DNA from: Psammoneis japonica
Lineage: Eukaryota
Length of the DNA: 64,000 nucleotides
NCBI GenBank assembly: GCA_008632985.1
Contig: QPGO01000003.1
Coordinates: 868,001-932,000, forward strand
Reading direction: 5' to 3'
Positions 11,989 through 25,329 of the stretch are shown here, piece by piece. The notes beneath the pieces were generated by a model, which saw only the letters and a list, made by a program, of their open reading frames with translations, did not search any database and was not told the DNA's origin. The first letter of the stretch is position 1. The number at the start of each line of letters is the position of its first letter. The position numbers were made by a program, and so were the translations under genes.

Positions 11989-13491
11989 CTACCAATCCTT
12001 TTCGCCCAACTTGATGTAAACGACTCGTCGCTCCTCCGACTCATTTTCCAACGTCACTGCTATTTCTTCGCCAGCTACACGGCCTTCCAATTCCTTTTGC
12101 AACTCATTGTAGCTTTCAATAGTATTTCCTCCGACAGCAACAATGCAATCACCAAACTCCAAGCTGCCATCCTCCGAGATGGTGAGCGGTTTGATTTCTG
12201 CAAGAGCTGCAGGAGAGCCCTCTGCTACCTTTGAGACCCAAACACCGTTTCCTTTGTCCTTCAAAAGTGAACTGGTTCCCTTGTAGATGCCAATTCCCAA
12301 GAATCCAACACTTGGTCGTTGTCCGTTTTCGACTCGGTCATGGACAGTCATGCTGGACACTACCGGTTTCATTGCGTCCGCGGGCACGGCAAAACCAATT
12401 CCAGCATTCGATCCCGACGTGGAATAAATAGCAGTATTCATGCCCACAACCTTGCCGCTACGATCCAACAAGGGACCACCGGAATTGCCTGGATTAATGG
12501 CACAATCGGTCTGAATGCATCCTCTAAGCACTGGGCCTCGCACGGTTGTTGCAAGTTCTCGATTCAAGGCCGAAACTACACCCGTTGTGACTGTATTGTC
12601 CAAGCCGAATGGATTGCCAATTGCAATGAGACTTTGTCCCACCAAGAGATCCGACGACTGACCAAATTCCAATCGACTCGATGGAGAAGTGCTGTTGCCA
12701 TTATTGTTGTTTAATGCTTTCAGCACAGCAACGTCGAGTTCTGGTTTCACATTGACAATACGACATTCTTGATATTGCGTGGCACTGTCTATTCTAACAT
12801 ACACCTTCGGATCCACCACCAGATTTGCCAAAGAACCATCAACAGACTTTAGTAGGAACTGTTGTATCGTAGAGTTAACCAGGGACTTGTCTATTCCCGT
12901 CCACGCCGTCACATTGTTGACTAGGTACTCTTGACTGTTTTCAAGCATTTTGGTCGTTTGTTGCATCTGGTAAGCCCGCTCAATTACCTTTGAGACGCAA
13001 CAAGCACACAAAATATGTGAGAATTGGATTGTTACCCAGCAAAATCAATCTGATCCAGTACTCACATGATAGTTCGTCACAATGTATCCATCGTTCTCAA
13101 TGACAAAACCCGATCCCGACCCAAGACTTTGACCTGGCGGCAAGTTTGTTTTACGACTTTTAGGTCTCGGTTTTCGTCGTTGCCAGCCTTGCTCATCTTC
13201 AGGTAAACGAGGAATAATTGACGTCACAAATGCGACGCTTGGGCCGCAATTGCGTACAACTTGAATAACGGCACGTTCCTCATCCGACATGTTTTCTTCG
13301 AGTTCTGCGACCGGTACCGCAATTCGATTGTCGGAAGCTTTCAATTCAACCGGGTGTTGGTTTATTCTCTGGAACTGACTCCTCCTTGTTGCTTCCGGGA
13401 ACAGGCTAAAGCCGTCAACAGCACTCTTCGTTGTCATTGCAAGAATCCAGAGAGCCGCATGCCTACCGCCACAACCATGTAAAACCTTCAT
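11989..13491 (-). CDS. Deg/HtrA serine protease with PDZ domain, probably plastid-targeted; exons 13491-13066 and 12987-11989
   Basis: GSGSGFV, IVTNYH/VI, DVAVLK, AIGNPFGLD, IQTDCAINPGNSGGPLLD; GT-AG intron 12988-13065; signal peptide ending AVDG-F. Confidence 0.95.
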
Positions 13492-14413
13492 ACTCCCGAG
13501 ATGTTCTGCTTGGGGTTACCACAACGACAAGCCAATGGCTTCTCTCAGTTTCGGCTATGGTTCGTGACCTGCACAAGACAAACAAAGAAATAAAACGATG
13601 CAAGGGGTGAGGTGTGTGGAATAGAAGAGAGGGTGTTATTCATCGAGTGAGAAAGATGTTGTGAGTCAGTCGCAGATGCGGGATAAAAAATGAAGAAAAA
13701 GCAAAAAAACACCGAAAATACAAAAAAACACGCCAAATTTGCAGTCTTGGCCGATCGCTTTCCAAGACTCGATCCTTGATTACATCTCTTTGGTGCTGCA
13801 TGCATCAAGCGCAAGAAACAACAACACGTGCAATCATGTGAAGGTCCCCAACTACTTTTTCGGAGGGTTGAGCTGAAGAACGGGATCGTCAACATGTGGC
13901 GAAAGGATTTCGAGACCTGAATTCCGAGGACGAAAGACGAGACAGACAAAGGACAGATTTGGTCGTTAGTTGGATGGACAGACGATCCACAAACCAAATG
14001 GGGCGGGCTCTACTATTAGAGAGCCAGAGCTACTCTAGCTAGAGGAGGCCATGATAGGGACTTAAGTGTACTGTAGTCCCTAGCAGTAGTAGGGATAGTG
14101 TGAAGGGAGCACAATTGATGGTAAGACACGAGCAAGTCACAACGACCATCTCTGGTGTTTATCGTATCCAAATGATGAATTATTGACTTGTATCCTCTTC
14201 AAGACATTTCAAAATATAGCATTCCTTGACAACACCACATCCTCGACTCGCGTGAACGAGGGTAAGAAAGATGATTGTATGTGGGAACCAACAATGCAAT
14301 TAGGTAACAAAGCTATTGGCATTATCAGACTCCGGATTTCCAAACGAAACTTGCGATGTACGATTTGTCAACGAGGGTTCGAGATCCTCCTCACATCGCA
14401 GAGGACTTGGTGT

Positions 14414-15415
14414 TCAGTGCTTGCGACGTTTTGTCGGCCGTTTTGTTGTGGCATTTGCACTCCTGCCGTTCACCTCTTTGACAAGAGACAGCTTTTGATC
14501 TGCCCAACTGGCGTCGGCTGTCAATCCAAGGTCACGCAATGCATCGCTCAATTCCGTGTACCGACTCACAACATAGTCCACGACAACGTTTGGATTACTA
14601 AAGTCTTTCGGTTTGATTACATGGACCCATTTTTTCAGATTCAACGGAGACAAGAACAAGAATTCATGGTCATCAACTTGATGCGAATTCATGAGACACT
14701 GCCACGTAATGCAATGGTCCAGACCGAAGCAGTGGAGCGCTTCGTGAGTGGTTGTCGAGAGGAGCGTGCGGAGTTGCTTCTTGGTATCTGCATTCGTGCT
14801 GATGTCGGATACTCTACCCGAAAAACGAGTATCTACAACGCAAACACGATCGCCACAGGCCCGACCAAGTACTTGCTGATCATAATCGTCCCAAGCTTCG
14901 AACAGCCCATGCTCCGCCAAGGCAATCATGCAGTAATGATGAGGCTCGACCGCATGAACCAGTGCATCAAAGAGAGAAAAGACCTCGAGACAGTCGTCAC
15001 CATCCACCATCTTTCGAACGACTGGGAACGTGCTACTGCCAAGGGTAAGCCTAGCATCTGAAGATTTCTTGGGCTTCTTGACAGTTCCTCTGGCTAGAGA
15101 GTGAATTTCCACATGCATTCCATACAAAAACGCCGTCAGATATTTCTTGACGCAATTCAAAACGTCCTCGTTCACGTCTCCAATGGCTAGAATAGCCACG
15201 GTCCTTTTGGATTCCGTTACGAGCCATCGACCAGTACCTCTCTCGTTGGGTTCTCGGCGTCCCATGTTTGCAAACATACGAAAGGTCTGCTCCTCGTCTT
15301 CGTCGTGAATGGATCCCGGCAAAGCTGGGCGATGAAGAGAGGAATATGTGTCATCCCATAGCCATGCTGGCGCTGCCCCAAGAGCTTTGGTGACAGAGGT
15401 AGGTAGGCTCGGCAT
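14414..15415 (-). CDS. Archaemetzincin-like zinc metallopeptidase (M54)
   Basis: HEALHCFGLDHCITWQCLMN matches HExxHxxGxxHCxxxxCxM. Confidence 0.85.
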   Translation of the reverse strand: MPSLPTSVTKALGAAPAWLWDDTYSSLHRPALPGSIHDEDEEQTFRMFANMGRREPNERGTGRWLVTESKRTVAILAIGDVNEDVLNCVKKYLTAFLYGMHVEIHSLARGTVKKPKKSSDARLTLGSSTFPVVRKMVDGDDCLEVFSLFDALVHAVEPHHYCMIALAEHGLFEAWDDYDQQVLGRACGDRVCVVDTRFSGRVSDISTNADTKKQLRTLLSTTTHEALHCFGLDHCITWQCLMNSHQVDDHEFLFLSPLNLKKWVHVIKPKDFSNPNVVVDYVVSRYTELSDALRDLGLTADASWADQKLSLVKEVNGRSANATTKRPTKRRKH

Positions 15416-15979
15416 GGGAATTTGCTTCAGCGAACAGGATCAAAAATTATTACACGTTGATCATCGCTCACGGGTTGGCCCCGGTAGCATTCTTCCAAGC
15501 GGTTTGGTTCAGACAACTCTAGAAAACAATGGAAACCAATCGAAGTTGCAGACTGCAGATCTGATAGTAAGGTAGAGTGTCGGTCTCGTCCAAGTTGGTG
15601 GATGATGATGAGTGGGGTCTATCCAGGTTGTCATCTGGCGGGTCTCGGTCGAGACGTGAGGCGAGGCATCAAGCTCCGCTTTCAGCTTGGTGTTCGCCCT
15701 ACCGGTACTACATATTGTAGCGGCTCGTGAATCACGACTAAAAACATAGTTGTATGCAATACTCTAGAAATTAAAGTTATTTTTATATTCGTGCTTGAAG
15801 ATAATTTTATCGCGCTATTTGTTTCTACAATCAGGCAGAATGGCATTTGATTCAACGTTCGAATTTCAAATTTTTGAAGCGCAGAAATTGTTGGATGGAT
15901 GCGTTGGTCTCAAAAAGAGAACCCGCCACTGCGCCGATGGTCGCATTTCCTCCTTACAATATGTACAAGGAGAGCAAAA

Positions 15980-17142
15980 ATGGCGAAAACTACCCCCGCA
16001 GATGCGGTTAATGCCGCAGATACTGGAATGCAAAAGAAAAAGAACAACACGGAAAGTTCCTGGTTTGAGTGTGCTGCAGACTTCTCGGACGAAGTCATCG
16101 AAGGACTTGGGAGGGTGATGCTGTGGTCAATTGACCCAGAAGTGTGGGAGCCTGCAGCAGAGCAGAGTAGTGTCTCATCTGGAACGGAAGATAGCAGCTC
16201 GGTCGAAAGCCTTGATTTCTCAAGCGACGCATCCGTTGAGTCGTTCGAATACGATGGAGCCAGCGTCGAAGGGAGTATGGAAGGCAAGGGAAAGGATTCT
16301 GATCTTCTATATTCCAGTTTTAATAAAGACAAGAAGAAAGAGCTAATTCAAATTGGGAAGGATGGCGCTGCTGTTTTGGTCAGCGTCGAACATCCTCCCC
16401 AAATTGTTCAATTGGATGATGATGAGTCTTTTGATACAAAGTTGTCCCCTTCTCGTAGTGTCGAGGAAGCCTCGAAAGTGAACGATTCAACTAATGGGTC
16501 CCAACGATCCTCGAGGGAACCGATCGATAATGAGTCAAGTGAAGCGGTCTGGGTTGGTATGAGGCGAATGGATACCAAGCCTCATGTCATCAAGCCACTC
16601 GACATGGATCCGACAATGAATGAGGACCAGATGTACAAAGAGTTCATCGCAGGTGATAAGAAACAAGGTTCCAGACTTTCTGGATATTCTTTTGATTATT
16701 TTGCAACTTCGTCATCTATCAAAGACATTGATGAGGTTCAAGGTGACGACGAATGGGAGCCGACACACTCAAAACTTTCTCCCGAAGACAGATTCTTCAG
16801 CTTGACGACTACAGCTGTTGCATCGCGCCACCCGATTCGCAAAGCTGCGTCTGAAGTAAGTGCCACCCGAAGAGATTTAATTTCTTTAAAAAACACTCAG
16901 CGAGTTACTCATGTTTATTTGCTTGTTTGCAACGGCAGAATACTTCTCTGTCTAGCGAAGACCCAAAAGAATCAACGTCATTTGAAGAAATCGAGAACAG
17001 GCATCGGAAGGACTACTCTACCCGCAGCAGTGAACGCAAGGCGGCGTATCGGAAGCAAAGGAGGAAGAAGCTTGCTCGTGTACTTGCATGCGTCGTATCG
17101 CCAGAGCAGATTCACCAGACAGGAGCACAGCCTGAAGGATAA
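15980..17142 (+). CDS. Acidic Ser-rich protein of unknown function (paralog 1), probable intron near 16855-16935
   Basis: Long ORF with SSWFECAADFSDEVIEGLGRVMLWSIDPEVW shared with paralog 2; GTAAGT at ~16855; final exon ends KKLARVLACVVSPEQ. Exact start uncertain. Confidence 0.6.
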
Positions 17143-18150
17143 ACTCTTGCTTCACAAAACAGAAAAAATACAAGATTGTGTACGTAGCAAGCTTGTACCA
17201 ATTTTGAGAACTCTACTAGAAGATAGAAGGCACCAAACGGAGACCCAACTCATCAGACAAAGGTTTTTGCCACGCCAGGGACATTCAAAACATTTAAAAT
17301 TCATAACAATTGAATGCATGTCTCTCTTTTCATAGATGAATTGTTGAATGGAAGAAGATGTCATGGAGCAAAATCAGTGCATTTATCCCTGATGAATGAA
17401 AGCTTGTTAACCTCCTGGGGCTGTTGCTTCCATGTGTTCCAAGTTGCCACAGGAAACACATGGTTGTTTCTCGTCAACTTGTCCACCTGCATAAAAATTG
17501 TGTTCAATGCATGATTCATCATGAACAGAAGAATGGCATTCTGAGGTCCAGAGGTGACCTTGCCATTGGCTGGCATGAGCATGACCTCATGAGCAAATTC
17601 TGCTGGTCTCATCTTGTCCCAAAATTGCAATGACTGGACCAGCACAAAAAAAAACAATCAACTTTCTGTTGGCACAAACAATCTTCTCAGCTTGACTGTT
17701 GCCACACCGAAGCAGAGGAGCCATGCCAGACGAGAACCACCTTGTTGCTTGCTCCCAAGTTGAAGGGGGCCGCTGTGCAAAGAGGCAAAAAAGAAGGGTT
17801 GTGATGGCCAGACTCAAGTGATTTGAGATCTGCCAAGATGGGGGCTGTGACAGGGGTGTGCCCTGCCACTGGGTTGGAAGAGCATGTGCTGTGCTGCTGC
17901 TGGCACAAAAGAACTCTGCTTTGGTCCTGCCCTGCAGAGGAATCAGCACATTGATGAGAAGCACCCGCAAGCAAGAGCTGCCCAAATGAGAACTTTTGAG
18001 AAGAGCAAATGCCCACAATGCCATCTCACAAATTGGGGGGACACACATGCACCAATGAATGAAGACTCCCTGTCAGACAACAAAAATCTTTCCCACGACC
18101 CACCCGCCCGAGTTGGAAGGAGTGATGTGTCAATCTTGAAAAAGAAAGGG

Positions 18151-21064
18151 TGCAACACACAGCTGCTGACAAGAGTCAATGCATCACGGCGACGTGTTGC
18201 AGCCTTTGAGGTTCCGAACGGACCTTCCAACCGGCCAACTCTCAGCACTTGTGTGCATTTGCTCACATGCGACCCATTCTCGTGGCATCATGCTGGAGAA
18301 TGACATCAGGGTAGAATGACCTCGCAAGCATCAAAATGAAAAGTGAACAGCACGAGACATCATCGTGGTTTTGACCATGGCTGTTCCGGACGACAATGCG
18401 GAAAATCCACACCCGTGAGTGTTGACATTTTTGACACATGTTGTCGTTTCTAATGTGCTCATTTCACATCCATTGGAATGTCAACACTCACCCACTTGTT
18501 TGCTGTGATTTCATGGGGTTCTGGAAAAGTGACGATGATGCCGGCGATTGCACGGCACAGCTGCAGCGTCGAGAACAAGGAGAGTCAGAGAAGCTCCTAC
18601 AAAGTTTAAATGTGGCTCTCACGACTGTTGGGACTTAATCCATTCCCTGGTTGAATGACAAGTTTGCACGGCTGAGACAGTTTGTGTGCACCGTGTCCCA
18701 TCACCCTGAATGGCATCCACCATTGCACCCCAGAGAAGCGGCGCAATTGCCATCCAACGCCGGATCAGAGACTTTTGCTTTGACCAAAGACATTGCAAAA
18801 TGTCTGACAGCTCGAGAATCTTTATCTCCTGCCCCCATTGTTGTAAAAGTTCCCGTCAAGGACAAAAGAACAGAGCGACGACACAACAAGAAAGATTTTA
18901 CAAAAGTGACACCCCATGCTTTGGACGGCAACAATGATGTTGTGACAATCAAACTCAGTGCTTTTCTCAATCCTTCTTCTTCTCTCATTCAGAGTGGTTC
19001 TGCATTGAAGCTGCTAGATTTTGGTCCAATTTATTTCAGCTTTAGCAATCTCACCGATCGACGTGTCAGGTTGCTGGTTTCCAAATTTGAAGTTGTCGGA
19101 TTGGAAGCGGTCGACAAGAAGTGCATGTCTCGGTCAGAAGACAGCTCAAGACAGGGGAGAAGGCAAGCAATGGACAGCTGTGACAGTGAGAATTCTCAGT
19201 GTGGTGGCGATTCTGATGAAAAGGCGGACTTCAATCCAATCTGCACTTGTGCCAGCTTTTTGGTTGGCAGTGGGTGCGCATTTGAGACGTGGGGTGTCGA
19301 TTCTCTTGTTGTGAGAGAATTGGCTTTTGACCACCAATTGGCAGATAAAGAAGCATTCCACATGACTTTAGCTGAAAAGTGCTTTTTGCTTTGTTGCTTG
19401 CATGCAACAAATGTCTTTCATGTGAATGGACCGAATGATCGAGCAAGGCTACGCCGGGCTGCATCATCTCTGCCGTCCCGAAACGATTCCCAATCTACAA
19501 AGGACACAAAGACACCGGGAACTTAGATCTAGCAGCAGGTGCAAATTGTGAAGCTTTTCAACTGTCCAATTGTCGAACATTCCAAGTGGGCCCATGTCGT
19601 CTTCTGTCCAATCGTCACTCGTCACCTGCCTTGCTTCCTTGGTGCCACTCGTGCACGGTCTGGCATTTTGATTCGGGACAGTCTCGTTTAAAGTGCTTTC
19701 AACCACATTGGACGCAAGGGCTCTTTGAAGTGTTTGGCAGCAGGTTTAAAATTAACAAGCTTTTCAACTGTCTAATTGCCAAACATCATTCCAACCATGT
19801 CGTCCATCGCCAAACTTCTTTCGAGACGAATGACAGATTGTTGCTGGCCACCAAGCTCGTGTCATGAATCATGACCGCACTTTCGATTGTGATTGAACAC
19901 ATTTTGCATGCTGGACTTCTTGTGGCCAGTCATGTTGTCAAATGATGAGTGTCTGACGCGCAGCACAATTTTCTTTGTTGTCTGCAGTGGAACCGATTCT
20001 TCCACTCTCATGAGGAGTTGCAGGAGAGCTGTCACCCTCATCCATTTCGCAGACACCCTCCTCCACATCATGGTTGAATCTAGAGTCATTCCCATTTGAT
20101 GTGCTTGTCACACTTGTCTTGGACACAGCATCTCCCGTCTTTCCATTTCGATTTGGGGCATGAGCAGTGCAGCCGACATTCTCCAAAACTTTGTGAGCAA
20201 AAAGAAACAGCGTCTTGTTTCAAATGAAGCAGTTTGGCACAATCTTTGGAATGGTGACAAACCCATCACACTGTTCTTCATGACACTTGAAACCATTTTC
20301 TCGAAATCCAAACTCACAGTGAGTGTGATGAGCGTCGTGGTTGTTGAATCGGACTCGTCCAGCACGGCTGCATCATGCTTCCCACGCATTGCATTGACCG
20401 CATCACAGAGGGGGGGCAACCGTCAGCCATCACGCTTCAGAACTGTGTGTGTCATTGAGTTGTCCATCCAATGCCCCTTGACATTGGGTGGAAGGTGAAG
20501 GAGCACTGTCGACACAGCGTTGCAAACGCCATTGTCATTCACACTGATCCTGAGATTCTCACGATTTCTGAGAACTGTGGCATGTTTGTGTGGCTTTCAA
20601 CGAGTTTCCCTTCACGTGGCGTCAGTGCATTTTTCAACGGAGTGCACCCTGGTTGCAGGTCCCATCGGAACCTTAAATGTCACAAAGGGCGTGACAAAAA
20701 TGACCTTTTGTCTGCATGCATGCTGCGCTGTGAATTCACAGTGGAGTGGTTCATCGCAACCATTGGGCAGGAGGCCAGGGGTTCGAAACCCTGTGTGGGA
20801 GTTGTCTGCAGCAACGTTGATCACTGTCGAACGCGTAAAACTCTGTGCAGTTCTGTGTGTTCCTTCGTGCGCACCCACACTGTTCCACCAAAACCGTGCA
20901 GTGTCAGTGCACGTTGGCAAAGAGCCGCATGGACGCGTGACACATGGGGAGGAGTGCAACACACAGCTGCTGGTGAGAGCCAATGCATCACGGCGACGTG
21001 TTACAGCCTTTAAATGTCACAAAGGGTGTGACAAAAACAACCTTTTGTCTGCATGCATGCTGCA
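18151..21064 (+). mobile_element. TRIM-like element copy B, with its 5' terminal repeat split by a 2.46 kb insertion
   Basis: Starts TGCAACACACAGC at 18151, resumes at 20673 TTAAATGTCACAAAGGG and ends GCATGCTGCA at 21064; TSD AGGG (18147-18150 / 21065-21068); PPT GGGGAGGAG precedes the 3' repeat. Confidence 0.9.
18210..20672. mobile_element. TIR DNA transposon inserted at TTAA (Kolobok-like signature), degenerate
   Basis: Imperfect TIRs GGTTCCGAACGGACCTTCCAACC / GGTTGCAGGTCCCATCGGAACC; flanks TTGA and TTAA; removal restores the TRIM repeat GCCTTTAAATG. ORF remnant 18651-19526 (+) and possible minus-strand remnants. Confidence 0.8.
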
Positions 21065-21836
21065 AGGGGGCTGGCTGTCTGTGACATGGGGGGTCATCCC
21101 TGCAATTTTTGTCCCAAAGCTGCCATTGCACTTGAATGAGGTCATTTGTTGGTGTCCATTTCTGAGCACAAAAGTCGCTCTTGTTGTCCCCACCTGACCG
21201 CCTGGGGTTGTGCACGAAAACGCGCGAAGCAAAGTCAGCAGCTGCGGTCGAAGCACGACGATGATGACAATCATCGACATTTCTCAAAAACACTTTTCAT
21301 GTGTGTGAGAATTTTGATGCATGAGGAAAACAAAACAGACAGGAGTTTGAAGACTGGTGACCTCTGTCACAGACGACTTGTGGCTTGTTGTTTGCACTGC
21401 GCTCTGCCGCGGCGAAGTTCAGGAAAAATGATGCAAAACACAAGCCATTTGGCCAAATTCGAGCTAAAAAAGCAGCAACTGGCCACCCTTGATGGATTGG
21501 CCCTTCTTGCATTTTTTGTGTCTGTAGTCCAGCTGCTTGGATCGGCATCCCGTTGTGCCCTTCGGTGATGGCTGACACTCAGATGGCTTGCGGAGTGTGC
21601 GCGAGCACGCTAGCGCATGGTGTGGGGTGAGAAAACATATTTTTATACATTATTCAGAGCTATATACAATTCAATTGACATTTGTTTTCATGCCTCTCCC
21701 AACGTTCGAATTTCGAATTTTTGAAGCGCCAAAAATGTTGGAGAATGCGTTGCGGTCAAAGTGTCAACGTGGCCACCCCTCCAACAATGCAATAGTTGAA
21801 TGGTCATTTCCTCTCCCTTACAAAGAAAGCCAAAAA

Positions 21837-23941
21837 TGGTGGACCCCGCCACCGCATGCGCGTCTACGTGTAGTGCCAATGATGAAACGCGGAAGAAAAT
21901 AGACGACGCGCAGAGTTCCTGGTTTGAAAGTGCCGTAGATTTTTCGGATGAAGTTATCGAAGGACTTGGGAGGGTCGTGCTGTGCTCGCTCGACCCAGAA
22001 GTGTGGGCCCCTGATGTAGAGCAGAGTAGCGTCTCTTCTGGAACGGACAATAGCAGCACGGTCGAAAGCCTCGATTCTTCAAGCGACGGATCGGTTGAGT
22101 CCGCCTCGATCACCTACGACAGAACCAGCATCGAAGGTAGCGAAGAAAAGATTGATTCTGATTCTAGTTCTTTCAACTTTGATGAAGATAGCCAGAAGGA
22201 AAGAGATCTTGTTCATAACGAGAAAGAGGGCGGTTTACTGTTCGAAGACGCCGAACATCCGCCTCAAATTGTTCAAGTTGAAGCAAACATCAATGCCGAA
22301 ATCTGCGAAGGCACTCGTTACCTTCTTGATGATGAGGAGTCATTTAATTTAAAATTGTCTGTTGAAGAAGAAAGTCTCGACTATGTGAGCTCTGCGGAAG
22401 CCTCTACCAACGAGCAACAAGATCTTGTATTTGGTTACACGATATCAAGCAGCAGTACCGCTACTGAAATCATCGTCGGTGCCGCAGCTCTTCCATCAAG
22501 TAAAAGCTCATTTGAAGAGAGAAGAAAACCGAATGAACCAGAAGATTCCTCCCGAGTTGTTGCTACAGATATCATCGATCCCAAGACAAACGAGCAAATG
22601 TCCGAGATAATTGACAATGAAGAATTTGTTGATGTAGATATCTCAGAAGAACCCCGTGAACTTATCAAGGATGAAACCTTTGACGAATTATTTGCCCTAG
22701 ATGATACTTTTCGTACTGTGGAACATGGTATGGACTCTGGATGTATGATTTCGACCAACACCACTGCTACTGAAATCATCGCTGTCCCCGAGACTCTTAC
22801 GTTGCGAGATGAAACAGAAGTACCACAGAGCTCGTGAGTCTCGTGATGTTGCTCTTCTTTGCACAGCATTATCAATTTTCTTGCTTGGCTCACTGCCCAT
22901 GTCTTGTTTGTGCTGTATCTGGTGTAGAAAGCGAGAGGCAGAGGAGCTTAGACTATCCCGTGAAGTTAGGAGGCTGCTTGAAGAAACGCACGACCACCAG
23001 CTCGAACCACTCTATTCGGATATGTTAACAAGGTTTTATGAGGAAAAAGCAGAAATGAAGAAAGCAGGGTTCAATGCGACCTCAAAAGTGAACGATGCAG
23101 CTGATGGGTCCCAGCAGCACTCGAAGGATCAGGCAACTACCGAATCCAGTCTAACGACCCAGAATGATTCAACGGAACCCAAGGCGCAAGTCTCCAACCT
23201 TGTCAAAGAGTCTTCAAAGGCCAAGAAAGTCATGCCCAGCCTTGTCCCTGCTCCTCATGAAATCGAGTGGCTCGACATGGATCCGACAATGAAAGAGGAC
23301 CAGATGGACCAAGCATTCATCGCTGTCGAGAAATCTAGAAGCTCGAGACTTCCAGGACACACTTTTGAACATTGCGTGGCTTTATCGTCAATCAAAGAGA
23401 ATGACGAGTCACAAGGTGACGGTATTTGCGACCCCAAACAGTCCAAAAGCACAAAGCTTTTGTCGAGTCCACCCCAGGACAAATTGAACGCGACCTCTGA
23501 AACAGGGGTCTCGCGTCCTCCCATTCCGAACGCCATGTCTGATGTAAGTGAACAACATGAAAGACCTTGACACACCCAGAGGCTCACCTTATCTATGCTT
23601 GTTTCAAATTGCAGGTTACGTCTTCGACGTGGTCAACTACGTCGACAGTAACGGAAAGCGACGATATGGAAGAATTGATTCCATTTGACGAAATCGAGGG
23701 CACACGTCCAGGAGACCACGATAGAGTCGCAAGCATGGGGAATAACCCGCAAAAGGATTATGCAGCAATCAAGAGGCGATTTCTGATACGCAAAGCGGAG
23801 AGTCGGATTGAAAGAAAGAAACGGCTTGCGAACGTGATTGCACGCGTCATGACTCCAGCGCGGTTTCGCAACATTTCGTCCCACGACGAGAGCACAACGT
23901 ATCTACTCATGCAATGCGAGACAGAAACGGAAACGGGATAG
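21837..23941 (+). CDS. Acidic protein of unknown function (paralog 2), probably spliced (introns near 22834-22927 and 23544-23613)
   Basis: SSWFESAVDFSDEVIEGLGRVVLCSLDPEVW, EHPPQIVQ, LDMDPTM and KKRLANVIARVMTP match paralog 1; GTGAGT/GTAAGT donors and TAG/CAG acceptors join the ORFs. Confidence 0.6.
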
Positions 23942-24215
23942 GTCCAGTCCCTGAAGACATTTTAAGAAGACCCTTTGCTTAGTCGACACGATCAACGATT
24001 TGTACGGCACAGGGGAAATTCGGTATAGGGACCAAGTCGACTGAATAATTGTAACTCTCCATATTCTACATCTCTAGACGCACAACCTGTACCGTGGCGT
24101 ACGCTGATGTAATCAGAGCATCAGGGCATCGCTGCTTTCAACTAATAATCGGAACGAAACAAGAAAAGTGAATATGCATGTGCGTTTCCTATAGACTATA
24201 CTTTTTGTACGAAGA

Positions 24216-24925
24216 TCATGCGGTAGCTTCTACACCACCACCAGCCACAAACTCATCTAGCCACTCAGTGCTTGCACCCGTTGGTCCATAAAACTGCTTC
24301 GCCGATCCACGAAAGAGTACCAACTTGGTCTTCTCGGCCTCCGATTCGACAATCGTTGCCAAGGCATCGTCAAAGGGCATCCCAGACACCTTGGTCGTCC
24401 CAACAGCTACCAACTGGTCTCCGGCTTTCAAGACGCCGTTCTTTTCAGCAACGCCATCCTCCTTGAGACTTTGCACGAATATTCCACCAAATTCTTCATC
24501 ATTTTCTTCAAACACAATTCCCATGGGCTTTTCCAATTCAACTGCAACATAGTTCGATGCGTCCATAGCATCAACAAAATTTTGTTGAACTGCGAATAAC
24601 GATGGATCAAAATAGTATGTTAGTAATACTTTCACATACGACGACCGAATCCGCCCTTAAGCTATAGCGACTATCGCCACATACCTGCTTGGGCTTTCTT
24701 CTGCTCTTCATCGGTGGTAACACTCCATCCCATCCATCGATCGATTGGTGTTTCTCTTTCGTTGTTAATTGTGGATCGTTCCAACGCGGGTGCCGAAAAG
24801 GCATCCTTGACACCATCGAAAAGACCCATTTGCAACTGAGTACTACTGGATGTCGAGGTCTTGGGCACAAAAGCAAAGCCAGAAGCCGACCCAATCACGA
24901 GAGCAGCGGTCAATTTCGAAGGCAT
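24216..24925 (-). CDS. Plastid-targeted PDZ-domain protein; exons 24925-24685 and 24589-24216
   Basis: [19 protein letters not shown] bipartite presequence; [11 protein letters not shown]...[16 protein letters not shown] fold; GT-AG intron 24590-24684. Confidence 0.85.
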
Positions 24926-25329
24926 GGTTGTGGTTGTTTCTTGAGTTGATTGAGGAAGTGAGAGATATAGCCGCAGGCTTTGTTTTTCGTACAAACAAGT
25001 TAGTCGGTGCCAGCACAGGGTGTGAAGCAGCAGCTTACTCAACGTATTTAGACAACAAGAGATCTCCCTTTGGTGTCCTCTATTCCCTCAGCCAGATAGA
25101 TCAAAAGCTCACAAACGACAACGTTCAACGTGTTGACTGTGTCAGAACTCGCGGGTGGCGATTTTCGTCCGTCGTGTTCAGTTGAGTGACGTGTCTGGTA
25201 TTGTCCTACTGAGTTCCTACGTACACAAGAAAAGTACGAAACGCAAAGTACGTTGTGATTGAAATAAAATACTTTAACTACGAAGAAAGCATTAATTTTT
25301 GACATTTTGCGCGGATGACGGACGGGCTT

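Larger units (their letters stand above)
17340..21600. other. TA-depleted tract 3 (nested mobile elements between two paralogous genes)
   Basis: Sparse TA; contains TRIM copy B and a nested TIR element within older degenerate DNA. Confidence 0.85.

Noticed and set aside
14005..14085. Small hairpins (TAGGGACT...AGTCCCTA) in a TA-rich intergenic patch as a Helitron end or ncRNA
   Set aside because: Stems of about 8 bp, single occurrence, no supporting termini.
20735..20800. A genuine tRNA gene
   Set aside because: Acceptor and anticodon arms are not convincing and it lies inside a repeated TRIM; reported as tRNA-like only.
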